Shown one piece after another: positions 50,771 to 60,101 of a stretch of 64,000 bases of DNA. This DNA is from an uncultured Brachyspira sp. (GTDB lineage: Bacteria > Spirochaetota > JAAYUW01): positions 258,489 to 322,488 of the forward strand of contig CAZOPR010000001.1 of assembly GCA_964581895.1 (NCBI GenBank), in the 5' to 3' direction. Position 1 is the first letter of the stretch. Every line of letters begins with the position of its first letter. The notes below the pieces were generated by a model that saw only the letters and a program-made list of their open reading frames with translations, was not told the DNA's origin and ran no database searches. The translations under genes and the position numbers were made by a program.

Positions 50771-52720
50771 TTGAACTTTGATGAACTAAAAAAACTTTCA
50801 GATAAGAAGTTTTTCGATTCATTATCTATAGAAGATTTAAATAATTATGCTGAACTTTTAAGAAAATATATCATACAAATTTGTAGTAAAAAAAGTACTC
50901 ATCTTGCTTCTAATTTAGGAACAATAGAAATCTTTTTAGCATTAAATAAAGTTTTTGATTTTTCACATGATCTTTTTACCTTCGATGTTGGTCATCAAAT
51001 CTACACATATAAGATTTTGACTGGCAGGTTCGATAGATTTTCAACAATTCGAGAATTTAAAGGACTTTCTGGCTTTCCAGATCCTGAAGAATCGGTTTTT
51101 GATTTATTTAAAGTAGGGCATGTAGGATGCGGCTTACCTTTAGCTCTTGGATTAAGTGCAGGTCTTAGCGAAAAAGAATCCAGTAAAGTTGAAGATAAGC
51201 ATAAAGATAAAGATGATAGCAAAAATAAGAAAAAATTAGAAAGACAAATAGTAACTCTTTTAGGAGATGGATCTCTTACAAATGGTCCAATGCTTGAAGC
51301 TTTGAACTATATCGCAAATAGAAAAAATGGGAAAATCATCATTATCTTAAATGATAATGGAATGTCTATATCGAGAACAGTTCCATCTATAACTAAAAAG
51401 CTTTCATTATTTGCCACTAAGTTAAATATAAGAGGAAGTTTAGAGCAAAAACTTAAAAAAAAGGGAGAATCAGCAGTCATCGAATCTCTTGTAAAATTCT
51501 TCCGTTCACTGAAAAACTTTATCCTTCCAAAACAAATCTTTGAAGATTTTGGTATAAGATATGTCGGGCCAATAGATGGTCATAATATTAAAGAATTGAT
51601 AGAATATTTTAGTTTTGCAAAGAACTTTCCCCAGACTATTTTGATACATGTTAAGACTATAAAAGGAAAAGGTTTTAAACCAGCAGAGGAAAACCCAGAG
51701 CTTTTCCACTCTGCTCCTCCTTTCAATCCTTTAACTGGGGAGGTAAAGCAATCAGCAAACAGTTTTACAAATCTTTTTGGCAAAATTCTTGTCGAAAAAG
51801 CAAGAGAAAATAAAGATGTCTATGCAATAACTGCTGCCATGAAAAATGGATGTGGTCTTGATAATTTTGAAAAGGAATATCGTGATAGATTTATAGATGT
51901 TGGGATAGCTGAAAGTCTTGCGGTATCTATGGCTGCAGGGCTAGCTAAAATAGGGAAAAAACCAGTTGTCTCTATCTATTCAATATTTTTAGTAAGAGCA
52001 GCATCTCAGGTTTACCATGATGTAGTTTTGAATCATCTACCTGTTTTTTTTGCTATCGATAGATCTGGTCTTGTAGGTATAGATGGACCAACGCATCATG
52101 GACTTTATATCTATCCTTTCCTTTGTAGTCTTCCAGATATTAATCTTTTTAGTTGCGGTTTTATTGAAGATGTTGAGTCTGCTTTTTCACTTTTAGGAAA
52201 TACAAAATTCCCTGTTTTCATGCAATACCCAAAAGATGTTGCAATTTCTTTTTATGATGAAATAAAAAAGATATCTTATGAGACAGGTAAGAATTTCAAT
52301 ACAGAATATAAACCTTTTGATATAAATAAAATCTATATTAACAATGAAAGCAAAATAGCAATAATAAGTGTAGGAAGTTCATTTTCTATCTGTAAAAATG
52401 CATTTGTAGAACTTTATAAACAAAATATATATGTTAATTTTTATTATATTAGCAAGATAAAGCCTTTTGATGATGAATCTATACTACAAATATTATTTGA
52501 TAATCAAAAGATTATTGTTGTTGATGAATCTCCTTCATCTTCATATATTTACCAGAAAATTAGTGAAATATCAGCGAAAGCGAAAATGGGAAAAAATTTT
52601 TTAGTAGATGTTTTACCATTTACCTTACCCGATATATTAATAACTCATGGGACAAGAGAACAGTTATTTGACCTGGTTGGTTTTTCTTCAAAGGAACTTG
52701 TAAATTTAATAAGAAGATAA
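50771..52720 (+). CDS. dxs: 1-deoxy-D-xylulose-5-phosphate synthase (TTG start)
   Basis: ..FDVGHQIYTYKILTGRFDRFSTIREFKGLSGFPDPEES..VGHVGCGLPLALG.. and the TPP-binding ..LLGDGSLTNGPMLEALNYIAN.. transketolase-like layout. A Lys/Asp-rich insertion sits around residues 130-150. Confidence 0.85.
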   Translation: MNFDELKKLSDKKFFDSLSIEDLNNYAELLRKYIIQICSKKSTHLASNLGTIEIFLALNKVFDFSHDLFTFDVGHQIYTYKILTGRFDRFSTIREFKGLSGFPDPEESVFDLFKVGHVGCGLPLALGLSAGLSEKESSKVEDKHKDKDDSKNKKKLERQIVTLLGDGSLTNGPMLEALNYIANRKNGKIIIILNDNGMSISRTVPSITKKLSLFATKLNIRGSLEQKLKKKGESAVIESLVKFFRSLKNFILPKQIFEDFGIRYVGPIDGHNIKELIEYFSFAKNFPQTILIHVKTIKGKGFKPAEENPELFHSAPPFNPLTGEVKQSANSFTNLFGKILVEKARENKDVYAITAAMKNGCGLDNFEKEYRDRFIDVGIAESLAVSMAAGLAKIGKKPVVSIYSIFLVRAASQVYHDVVLNHLPVFFAIDRSGLVGIDGPTHHGLYIYPFLCSLPDINLFSCGFIEDVESAFSLLGNTKFPVFMQYPKDVAISFYDEIKKISYETGKNFNTEYKPFDINKIYINNESKIAIISVGSSFSICKNAFVELYKQNIYVNFYYISKIKPFDDESILQILFDNQKIIVVDESPSSSYIYQKISEISAKAKMGKNFLVDVLPFTLPDILITHGTREQLFDLVGFSSKELVNLIRR

Positions 52721-52771
52721 GATTTTAATAGAATAGATGAAAAAAATGGTTAAAAGGTATACCAAATAATT

Positions 52772-54013
52772 ATGATTTACCATACAATCTATGATTTATC
52801 AGATAAAAATTTATACTCTTTACAGGCTGAACTTTCAAACATTGAAGTAAGCAAAGAAGTGATCGATTATATGGCATCAAAATTTACTTTTAAAAGATTC
52901 TATATCAAAAATCTTGACTATAGAGCAGCAAATATTTTGAAACAGGAGGCTCTTTCCTGCGATATTGATGCCGCTATTTCATATAAAACATATACTATGA
53001 ATCCAGATAAAACAGACATTTTACTTTGTGGAACCATAGCTCAGCTTATAAAAATATCTGAAAAACTTCAGAATCAACCATTCAAACTTAAAGAGCTTGG
53101 GATAGATTTAAAATATTTGATTGAAACCAAAGATTTTAATCCTATCAAAATAGGAAAATGCGAAATAAAACCAGATGATAGATGCTATATAATGGGTATA
53201 ATAAATGTTACCCCAGATTCATTTTATAGTGGATCTCGTTATGTTAGCTCAAATATAGATCTTGCGTCTATTGAAAAAACTGTCGAACAGATGATAGAAA
53301 ATAATGTTGATATTATAGATATAGGTGGCGAATCCACAAGACCAGCAAGTGAACCAGTTTCAGAGGAAGAAGAGATTAAAAGGATAGTTCCAGCCATTGA
53401 ACTTGTTAGAAAATTAACGGATATCCCTATTTCTATAGATACATACAAAGCTAAAGTTGCCCAAATCGCCATAGAAAAAGGTGCAGACCTTATAAATGAT
53501 ATTTCTGCCCTTTCTATGGATCAGAATATGGTAAAAGTGGTAAAAGAAAGTAGAAAACCAGTAGTTTTAATGCATATGAAAGGAACTCCAAAAAATATGC
53601 AACAAAATCCATCTTATGAAAATTTGATAGATGAGATATATCAATTTTTCAGGTCAAAGATAAACTTTTGCATTGAAAATGGAATAAATGAAGATAATAT
53701 TATTATAGACCCCGGTATCGGTTTTGGTAAAAGGTATAAAGATAATTTAGCCTTAACAAAATATATTGGTGCCTTTAAGACTTTGAAAAAACCAATTTTA
53801 TATGCAGCATCAAGGAAAAGTTTTATAGGAAGAGCCCTTTCAGAAACAGAAGAACCAGTTAAACCAGAAGATAGGCTTTATGGCTCTTTAGCAGCACATC
53901 TTATTGCATCAAATTTTGCTAATATTTTGCGGGTTCATGACTTTAAAGAAACGAGGCAGATGGAGATTTTAAAAGAGAAAATCTATGAGGTAAATAGGTT
54001 TGAACTTCATTAA
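52772..54013 (+). CDS. folP: dihydropteroate synthase with ~130 aa uncharacterised N-terminal domain
   Basis: The C-terminal ~280 aa carry DHPS motifs IMGIINVTPDSFYSGSRY, DIIDIGGESTRPASEPVSEEEE, ISIDTYKAKVAQIAIEKGADLINDISAL and DPGIGFGK. The N-terminal 130 aa have no match I recognise. Confidence 0.8.
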   Translation: MIYHTIYDLSDKNLYSLQAELSNIEVSKEVIDYMASKFTFKRFYIKNLDYRAANILKQEALSCDIDAAISYKTYTMNPDKTDILLCGTIAQLIKISEKLQNQPFKLKELGIDLKYLIETKDFNPIKIGKCEIKPDDRCYIMGIINVTPDSFYSGSRYVSSNIDLASIEKTVEQMIENNVDIIDIGGESTRPASEPVSEEEEIKRIVPAIELVRKLTDIPISIDTYKAKVAQIAIEKGADLINDISALSMDQNMVKVVKESRKPVVLMHMKGTPKNMQQNPSYENLIDEIYQFFRSKINFCIENGINEDNIIIDPGIGFGKRYKDNLALTKYIGAFKTLKKPILYAASRKSFIGRALSETEEPVKPEDRLYGSLAAHLIASNFANILRVHDFKETRQMEILKEKIYEVNRFELH

Positions 54014-54899
54014 AACCTTAGAGATAATTTTCCGTAATTTTATTATCCCTTTTTTAGATATTATTACGATGACATTTGTCATATTCTATGTTTATCTTTT
54101 CATTCAAAAGACAAAAGCTGTTGATTTGGCAAAAGGTTTATTCATAATACTTATAGTATTTTTTATAATGGAATTGATTGGTTTTCCAGTCATTTCATGG
54201 CTATTTGAAAAGCTTTTATATAATATTTTACTTTTGATAATTATTCTTTTTTCTCCAGAAATTAGAGTTATTTTAATGAATGTCGGTAAAGATACATCAA
54301 AGATATTAACTTCACAAAAGGACGAAGATGCCCTACAGAAGATTATTTCAAGTATCATTAAGCTTGCACAGAGAAAAGATGGCGCCATTTTTGTTTTTGC
54401 AAGAAAAGAAAATCTTTTCGACATTATTTCAAGTTATGTCTCATGGGATGCTGAAGTCTCAGAGGAGGTCATTCTTTTTCTTTTTGATAAAAGATCGATA
54501 TTTCACGATGGTGCAATTATTATAGACAGAAATTTTAGAATAAAAGCAATTGCTGCAATTTTGCCTTTAACTGATGCTACCCCTGATTCAAACATTCTTG
54601 AAAAGCATATAGGAACAAGGCATAGAGCAGGACTTGGTATTTCAGAAAAATCAGATGCCATTGCTATTGTTGTCTCTGAAGAAACAGGTCAAATTTCAAT
54701 CTTTGATGATGGTAAACCATATATGAATATCCCTCCTCAAAATCTAAAGGCAACTTTTGTTGAACACCTTTTTAGAGAAAGAGAAGAAGAAAATTTAAAT
54801 TTGATTGAAGAAGAAGAAATTGACAATAAAATTGACAATGATGAAGATAAAAAAGAAGATAAAGAAGAAAATGAAATCGAAGGCAAAGAAAAGGATTAA
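54000..54899 (+). CDS. cdaA: diadenylate cyclase CdaA (c-di-AMP synthase) with acidic C-terminal tail; TTG start overlapping folP by 14 nt
   Basis: Three N-terminal TM helices, then a DAC domain with DGAIIIDRNFRIKAIAAILPLTD and HIGTRHRAGLGISEKSDAIAIVVSEETGQISIF. The C-terminal EEEN...KEDKEENEIEGKEKD tail is low complexity. Confidence 0.85.
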   Translation: MNFIKTLEIIFRNFIIPFLDIITMTFVIFYVYLFIQKTKAVDLAKGLFIILIVFFIMELIGFPVISWLFEKLLYNILLLIIILFSPEIRVILMNVGKDTSKILTSQKDEDALQKIISSIIKLAQRKDGAIFVFARKENLFDIISSYVSWDAEVSEEVILFLFDKRSIFHDGAIIIDRNFRIKAIAAILPLTDATPDSNILEKHIGTRHRAGLGISEKSDAIAIVVSEETGQISIFDDGKPYMNIPPQNLKATFVEHLFREREEENLNLIEEEEIDNKIDNDEDKKEDKEENEIEGKEKD

Positions 54900-54901
54900 A
54901 G

Positions 54902-55876
54902 ATGCCTTTATTTAAAGATAGAAGAATAAAAAATTTTATTAATCAACTTTTTAAGGATATAAAGGAGCATCCTGTTCCTTTTATAATTTCATTACTTATT
55001 TCTTTAATGTTATTTTACTATATAGCAAACATTGGGGTTCAAAGTTTACTTGTTGTCGGTGATTTGCAATATAAGGTTAATTCTGCGGATTTATTCATAA
55101 TTAATAAAAAAAATATAAAAATCAAAGTCACACTAAGAGGTAAAACAGAAGACTTAAAACTTGTAAATGAAGATATAATAAAAACTTATATCAATATTGA
55201 TGCTAAAAAACCTGGAGATTATACATATAAAGTAATGGTAGATAGTTCATATTTGCCAGATAATATAAGAGTTGTTAAAATTGAACCATCATCAGTAAAC
55301 ATAACTCTTGATAAATTGTTTAAAAAAAGGGTAAAAATCGAACCAAATATAACTGGCAAATGTGAAAAAGGCTATTCTGTATCCTCTTTGACTTTTACTA
55401 AATCCCCTTATGCTATTGTTGAAGGTCCTTATTCAATTCTTTCAAATCTGGAAACTGTTAAAACCTTAGAAATTTCTGTAGATGGCTTAAATTTCCCTTT
55501 AATATTACCTATTAAGCTTGATAATGATCAGTTGAAAATTGTCTCTCCTGTTGATAATCAAATTATTGTAGATATAAGGCAGCTAAGTATTTTTAAGAAA
55601 ATAAGTGATATTCCGATTTTGCTATCCAATAAGAATTCAAAGTTTTCTTACACTCTTTCTGTAAATAAATTTAGTGCTGATATACTTGTTACAGAAGATA
55701 TCAAAGACAAAATATCTTCATCTGATCTTATTTTTGTTATTGATTGCAGCTATTTTCAGTCCCCTGGTGTTTATACATTGAAAATCATACCTAAAACAAT
55801 TACCGATATAAATATATTAAATACAAATCCAGAATATATTCAACTTAGCATAAATTTTATTGAGCCTGGAAATTAA
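54902..55876 (+). CDS. cdaR: CdaR/YbbR-domain protein (putative regulator of CdaA)
   Basis: N-terminal TM followed by repeated ~80 aa beta-rich YbbR-like modules. Its position immediately after cdaA matches the conserved cdaA-cdaR arrangement. Confidence 0.55.
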   Translation: MPLFKDRRIKNFINQLFKDIKEHPVPFIISLLISLMLFYYIANIGVQSLLVVGDLQYKVNSADLFIINKKNIKIKVTLRGKTEDLKLVNEDIIKTYINIDAKKPGDYTYKVMVDSSYLPDNIRVVKIEPSSVNITLDKLFKKRVKIEPNITGKCEKGYSVSSLTFTKSPYAIVEGPYSILSNLETVKTLEISVDGLNFPLILPIKLDNDQLKIVSPVDNQIIVDIRQLSIFKKISDIPILLSNKNSKFSYTLSVNKFSADILVTEDIKDKISSSDLIFVIDCSYFQSPGVYTLKIIPKTITDINILNTNPEYIQLSINFIEPGN

Positions 55877-55962
55877 AAGATTTTTTGAAATTTAAGATAA
55901 AAAAATATAAATAATTTAGAAAATAAAAAATAAATCGTAAAAAAAGAAAAAAGGGGAAGAAA

Positions 55963-56700
55963 TTGGATAAAGTTTTACCTCTTCGTTTGGGAGTAAATAT
56001 TGATCATTTTGCAACGCTTCGAAACGCAAGAAAAGAAGGTTTTCCTTCCATAGTGCAAGCAGCAACTATGGCAATTTCAGCTGGCGCAGATATGGTAGTT
56101 TGCCATCTAAGAGAAGATAGAAGGCATATAAATGATGAAGATCTATATCTAATAAGGAAAGCTGTTGTTAAAGATTTAGATCTTGAAATGGCTTTAAGAG
56201 AAGATGTCATAAAAATATCTTTTGATGTTAAGCCAGATAAGGTCACAATCGTGCCTGAAAGAAGAGAAGAAGTTACAACTGAAGGTGGGCTTGATGTCAA
56301 AAAGCATTTTGACCAACTAAAAGATCTTGTAAAAGAATATAAAAAAGCAAAAATAGAGACATTTTTGTTTATTGAACCAGATATTGAAACGATAGAACTT
56401 GCTGCAAAATTAGGTGTGGATGGTGTAGAGCTTCATACTGGAAGATACAGCAGGGCAAAAGGAAAAGATATTGTTCATGAGTATAAAAGGGTAAAGATTG
56501 CAGCAGAAAAAGCAAATGAAGAAGGACTTCTTGTCGCTGCTGGGCATGGACTTGACTATCAAAACACACCTTTGATTGCTGGCATTCCACAGATTTTCGA
56601 ATTAAATATAGGTTTTTCAATAATCTGCCAATCATTATTTATTGGATTTGAAGGTGCTATAAGATCAATGCGTCAGTTGATGATGATAAATAGAAAATAA
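55963..56700 (+). CDS. pdxJ: pyridoxine 5'-phosphate synthase
   Basis: LGVNIDHFATLRNARKEGFPSIVQAATMAISAGADMVVCHLREDRRHI ... HTGRY ... AAGHGLDYQN are PdxJ hallmarks. Confidence 0.85.
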   Translation: MDKVLPLRLGVNIDHFATLRNARKEGFPSIVQAATMAISAGADMVVCHLREDRRHINDEDLYLIRKAVVKDLDLEMALREDVIKISFDVKPDKVTIVPERREEVTTEGGLDVKKHFDQLKDLVKEYKKAKIETFLFIEPDIETIELAAKLGVDGVELHTGRYSRAKGKDIVHEYKRVKIAAEKANEEGLLVAAGHGLDYQNTPLIAGIPQIFELNIGFSIICQSLFIGFEGAIRSMRQLMMINRK

Positions 56701-56821
56701 TCTTGACATAAATTGATTAGATGGCATTTATTTTATTGAGGCTGGTATATAGTTTTATATATAATGTTATAATCTTGATCTTATGATTTTTTTTAGATTA
56801 TTAGATCTTTTTATTCTTGAA

Positions 56822-56892
56822 TTTTTCGCTTCATAAAAGATGCGGGCTAGTGTAATGGCAGCACGACAGACTCTGGCTCTGTTTGTGAGGGT
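56822..56892 (+). tRNA. tRNA-Gln (anticodon CTG), CCA not encoded
   Basis: Hand-folded cloverleaf: acceptor TGCGGGC/GCCCGCA, D-arm GTGT-AATGGCA-GCAC, anticodon stem ACAGA/TCTGT with loop CT-CTG-GC, 4-nt variable loop, T-arm GAGGG-TTCAAAT-CCTTC, discriminator G. A T8 run follows. Confidence 0.75.
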
Positions 56893-57126
56893 TCAAATCC
56901 TTCGCCCGCAGTTTTTTTTATCTTAAAAAATAAATCCATAATATTTTTTTTTAAAAAATTTTCAAAAGAAGTTATCATTTTTTGCAATTTATGAATTTCA
57001 TGCTATTTTAACTATGTTAACGATTTGTCGAAATTTATATTTTTTCATTTGACAAAAAAATGGTATCAATAAAGCAAATGTTTATGATTAATTGAGATTT
57101 ATATTTTTTCAAAAAGGAGAAAATTA

Positions 57127-58557
57127 ATGAATTTTAGGAAAAAAATCATTTTCTTTTCGATTACTATTTTGATTCTATCTTTCGTTCTATATGGTTGTCC
57201 TATTGAACCTGTTATAAATCATGATTCATCCTGGCTTGTTTTGGTTTATCTTGATGGAGATAATAATCTTGAAGATTGCGCTATAGATGATTTAAATGAA
57301 ATGGAAAGTGCACTTTATAAACTTAATAATAAAGAGTTAAATATCCTTGCTCTTTTTGATAGAACATCCAGCTATGATTCCTCAAATGGTGATTGGACAT
57401 CGACAAGACTTTACTATATTCAACCTGATTCAGATACATCCGAAATAAATTCTACACTAATTAAAGATTATGGTGAACTTAATATGGGTGATCCTGCTAC
57501 ACTAAGTAATTTTATTTCCTATGCAAAGCAAAATTTTACATATCAGCATTTAATGTTAATACTATGGAATCATGGAGGTGGAGCTAGAATCAAATCTGAT
57601 ATTCAAACTAATACTTTTTCAATAGAAAAAGCTGTTTGTTGGGATGATTCAAATTCTGAAGATTGCCTATATCTTGATGAAGTGCAGCAAGCTCTTTCAG
57701 CTAACTTTAGTTCAGCAAACAAACTTGACATAATAGGTTTTGATGCTTGTCTTATGGGGACAGTTGAAGTAGCTTATGAATTCAGAGACTTAGCTTCTTA
57801 TATGATAGGATCTATGCATACAGAGCAGGGAGATGGCTGGGATTATGAGTCTTTATTTTATGGTGGAACTACAAATTGTCCGCAACTTGATCCTTCTTCA
57901 ATTACAGCAGCCGATATGGCGATAAGAGCAGTTAAAAGCTATCGAGATTTCATTGAAGCTACTTATAGCAATTCGGGTGAAACAATGGCTGCGATTGATC
58001 TTTCAAAATTACCTGCATTAAAAACTAAAATTGATCAACTTGCAGTAAGTATTTATAGCGAAAATAAAAAAAGTAATATTGAAACAATTCGAGATAGCTC
58101 AATTCATTTTTATGATAGTGATGACGATTCTATATCTATTCCATATTTTGACCTATATGATTTGTGTAATAGAATTTATAATGATGCAACATATGGATTT
58201 TCTGCTGGACTAAAAAATGCAGCTAATGATGTCATAACAGCCCTTTCAGATGCTATATTGTATGCTTATGGTGATGATGGAAATGGGCAATCCTACTATT
58301 TTGGTGATGGAGTAGCTACTAAAAGAGGGCTTTCAATCTTCTTTTCAAGAGGGAATCTCACATATAGTAGTTATTCTCACTATGCATATCAATGGTGGTA
58401 CACCTCACTTGATACAAATACATGGTCGCCAGGCGGACATTACTATGGCAAAATTGATTTTGCAGATTCAGATTCAGATGGAATAGTTGCAACATGGAGA
58501 GAATTATTTGAGTATTGGTATGATAATGGAACTAGTTACACCCCTTCTTCATATTAA
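57127..58557 (+). CDS. peptidase C11 (clostripain) family lipoprotein
   Basis: Lipobox ..SFVLYGCP. The clostripain N-terminal motif is WLVLVYLDGDNNLEDCAIDDLNEME, the catalytic His region is LMLILWNHGGGA, and the catalytic Cys region is IIGFDACLMGTVEVAYE. Confidence 0.7.
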   Translation: MNFRKKIIFFSITILILSFVLYGCPIEPVINHDSSWLVLVYLDGDNNLEDCAIDDLNEMESALYKLNNKELNILALFDRTSSYDSSNGDWTSTRLYYIQPDSDTSEINSTLIKDYGELNMGDPATLSNFISYAKQNFTYQHLMLILWNHGGGARIKSDIQTNTFSIEKAVCWDDSNSEDCLYLDEVQQALSANFSSANKLDIIGFDACLMGTVEVAYEFRDLASYMIGSMHTEQGDGWDYESLFYGGTTNCPQLDPSSITAADMAIRAVKSYRDFIEATYSNSGETMAAIDLSKLPALKTKIDQLAVSIYSENKKSNIETIRDSSIHFYDSDDDSISIPYFDLYDLCNRIYNDATYGFSAGLKNAANDVITALSDAILYAYGDDGNGQSYYFGDGVATKRGLSIFFSRGNLTYSSYSHYAYQWWYTSLDTNTWSPGGHYYGKIDFADSDSDGIVATWRELFEYWYDNGTSYTPSSY

Positions 58558-58570
58558 TTAATCTTTTTTG

Positions 58571-58598
58571 AGCCCTCTTTCTTAAGAGGGCTTTTTGT
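58571..58598 (+). terminator. rho-independent terminator after C11 peptidase gene
   Basis: AGCCCTCTT / AAGAGGGCT 9-bp stem with a TCTT loop, followed by TTTTTGTTT. Confidence 0.8.
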
Positions 58599-58786
58599 TT
58601 ATATTTTATAATTATACCTTTAATTATAATTTTTTTTAAGATTATGGGTTAATATCATATCTTAAAGATTTTTATATATTTCTTAATTCTATTTGATTTT
58701 TGTTTTTTATTTGCAAAATAAAAAATTAATCTTAAAATATTTATTGAGTAAATTTCTCAATTTATTCAACTTAAAGGGGGATAAGA

Positions 58787-59203
58787 ATGAACAATTCTAT
58801 TAGTTACAATCAATCTTTTTCACCAGAACTTATAGCAATGACTTTCTTAATATTTATTTTGCTTAGAATATTTGCAGAAGATAAAATTATTAGAAAAAAT
58901 CTATTTAATATCTCTTTTATATTTATAATTTGTTCAGTTTTTCTTAATATTTTTATCAATATTATTTTTATATTTCCTATTTTTTTTCTATCTAAAGATA
59001 TTAGTTTTGATTTTGGAACTAGTTTCAAGAAAGCTTTTTCTTTTGGTATAATTAGCGTGATTTTATATGTTTTATCATATTTATTATTATTAATAAGCTG
59101 GGTTGGGCTTTTATTTTCATTTAATATTTTGAAATTTAATAAAAAAATAAATACAATTGAGAAGAAAGATAATAATTTTCATGATAATATAAAGGAGGAT
59201 TAA
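58787..59203 (+). CDS. hypothetical small membrane protein
   Basis: 138 aa with 3-4 predicted TM helices; RBS AAAGGGGGATAAGA upstream; stop overlaps the RBS of the next gene. Confidence 0.4.
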   Translation: MNNSISYNQSFSPELIAMTFLIFILLRIFAEDKIIRKNLFNISFIFIICSVFLNIFINIIFIFPIFFLSKDISFDFGTSFKKAFSFGIISVILYVLSYLLLLISWVGLLFSFNILKFNKKINTIEKKDNNFHDNIKED

Positions 59204-59204
59204 G

Positions 59205-59522
59205 ATGGTTTTATCAACGACACCTAATATTGAAGGGAAAAAAATCAAAAATTATTTAGGTATTGTGAGTGGAGAGGCTATTTTAGGTGCAAATATTTTC
59301 AGAGATTTTTTTGCTAATATCACAGATATTATAGGGGGAAGGGCTGCTTCTTATGAATCTGAACTTAGAAAAGCAAAAGATATCGCATTAAATGAGATGA
59401 TGCAACAAGCATATTCAATAGGAGCGAATGCGGTTGTTGGGGTTGATCTTGACTACGAAACAATTGGGCAAAGCATGCTTATGGTTAGTGCAAGCGGAAC
59501 AGCAGTAATTGTTGAAGATTAA
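59205..59522 (+). CDS. YbjQ/UPF0145 family protein
   Basis: Near full-length match to the UPF0145 pattern (..[47 protein letters not shown]...[26 protein letters not shown]). Confidence 0.75.
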   Translation: MVLSTTPNIEGKKIKNYLGIVSGEAILGANIFRDFFANITDIIGGRAASYESELRKAKDIALNEMMQQAYSIGANAVVGVDLDYETIGQSMLMVSASGTAVIVED

Positions 59523-59531
59523 GGTAAAAAT

Positions 59532-59861
59532 ATGGATATTAATATTTACCATTTTGATTCCCTTGAAGATATATCTAAAGAAGCAGGAATGGCGGATAAA
59601 TACAAGGCTGTAAAAATAAAGAGTTCATTCGGACCAGAAATCGCAAGGATTACTATAGAAGCATTTGGTAGGGTTTCAAAACATAAAGCTGATGTTGATG
59701 TTATTTTTTATGTTATTAAAGGTAGCATAGAAATATTTATTGATGATGAAAAATTTATAGTTCATGAAAATGATTGCATAGAAGTTCCTAAAAATATGGA
59801 TAGAGCAGTTGTAAATAAACATGATATTAAAGCAGAGTTTTTGATATTCAGATTGACATAG
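59532..59861 (+). CDS. cupin-domain protein
   Basis: 109 aa with the two-motif cupin beta-barrel layout (..DVIFYVIKGSIEIFIDDEKFIVHENDCIEVPKN..). Confidence 0.45.
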   Translation: MDINIYHFDSLEDISKEAGMADKYKAVKIKSSFGPEIARITIEAFGRVSKHKADVDVIFYVIKGSIEIFIDDEKFIVHENDCIEVPKNMDRAVVNKHDIKAEFLIFRLT

Positions 59862-59863
59862 CA

Positions 59864-59944
59864 GCATATAAAATAAAAAGTTTTGTATTTGATTCGGGGG
59901 CGGTTCCTGAATAATTATTAACATAATAGCATATAAAATAAAAA
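59864..59944. repeat. 19-bp direct repeats flanking a short GC-rich island
   Basis: CAGCATATAAAATAAAAAG (59864-59882) and TAGCATATAAAATAAAAAG (59926-59944) differ at one position. They bracket GATTCGGGGGCGGTTCCTGAA, which is conspicuously GC-rich for this genome. Confidence 0.5.
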
Positions 59945-60101
59945 GCATTTATTTTAGCAATATAGAAGTGACCAAACAATGTTGACATAGTAATATATGA
60001 TAGTAAGATATGAAATAAAAAATGCAGATTTGCTAAACCAATAAAGCAAAAAGGAACAAAATAAAAAAATAAGAATATATAAAAATTTCTGGAAAAAGTT
60101 A

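Noticed and set aside
54066-54899. Alternative cdaA start at ATG 54066 that would remove the overlap with folP
   Set aside because: No Shine-Dalgarno precedes that ATG, whereas GAGG lies 8 nt before TTG 54000. The longer form also preserves the first of the three N-terminal TM helices typical of CdaA.
56701-56821. Specific -35/-10 promoter assignment for the tRNA-Gln gene (TTGACA at 56703; TATAAT at ~56768)
   Set aside because: Several hexamer combinations fit about equally in this AT-rich stretch, with no spacing-optimal pair. It is not reported as a feature.
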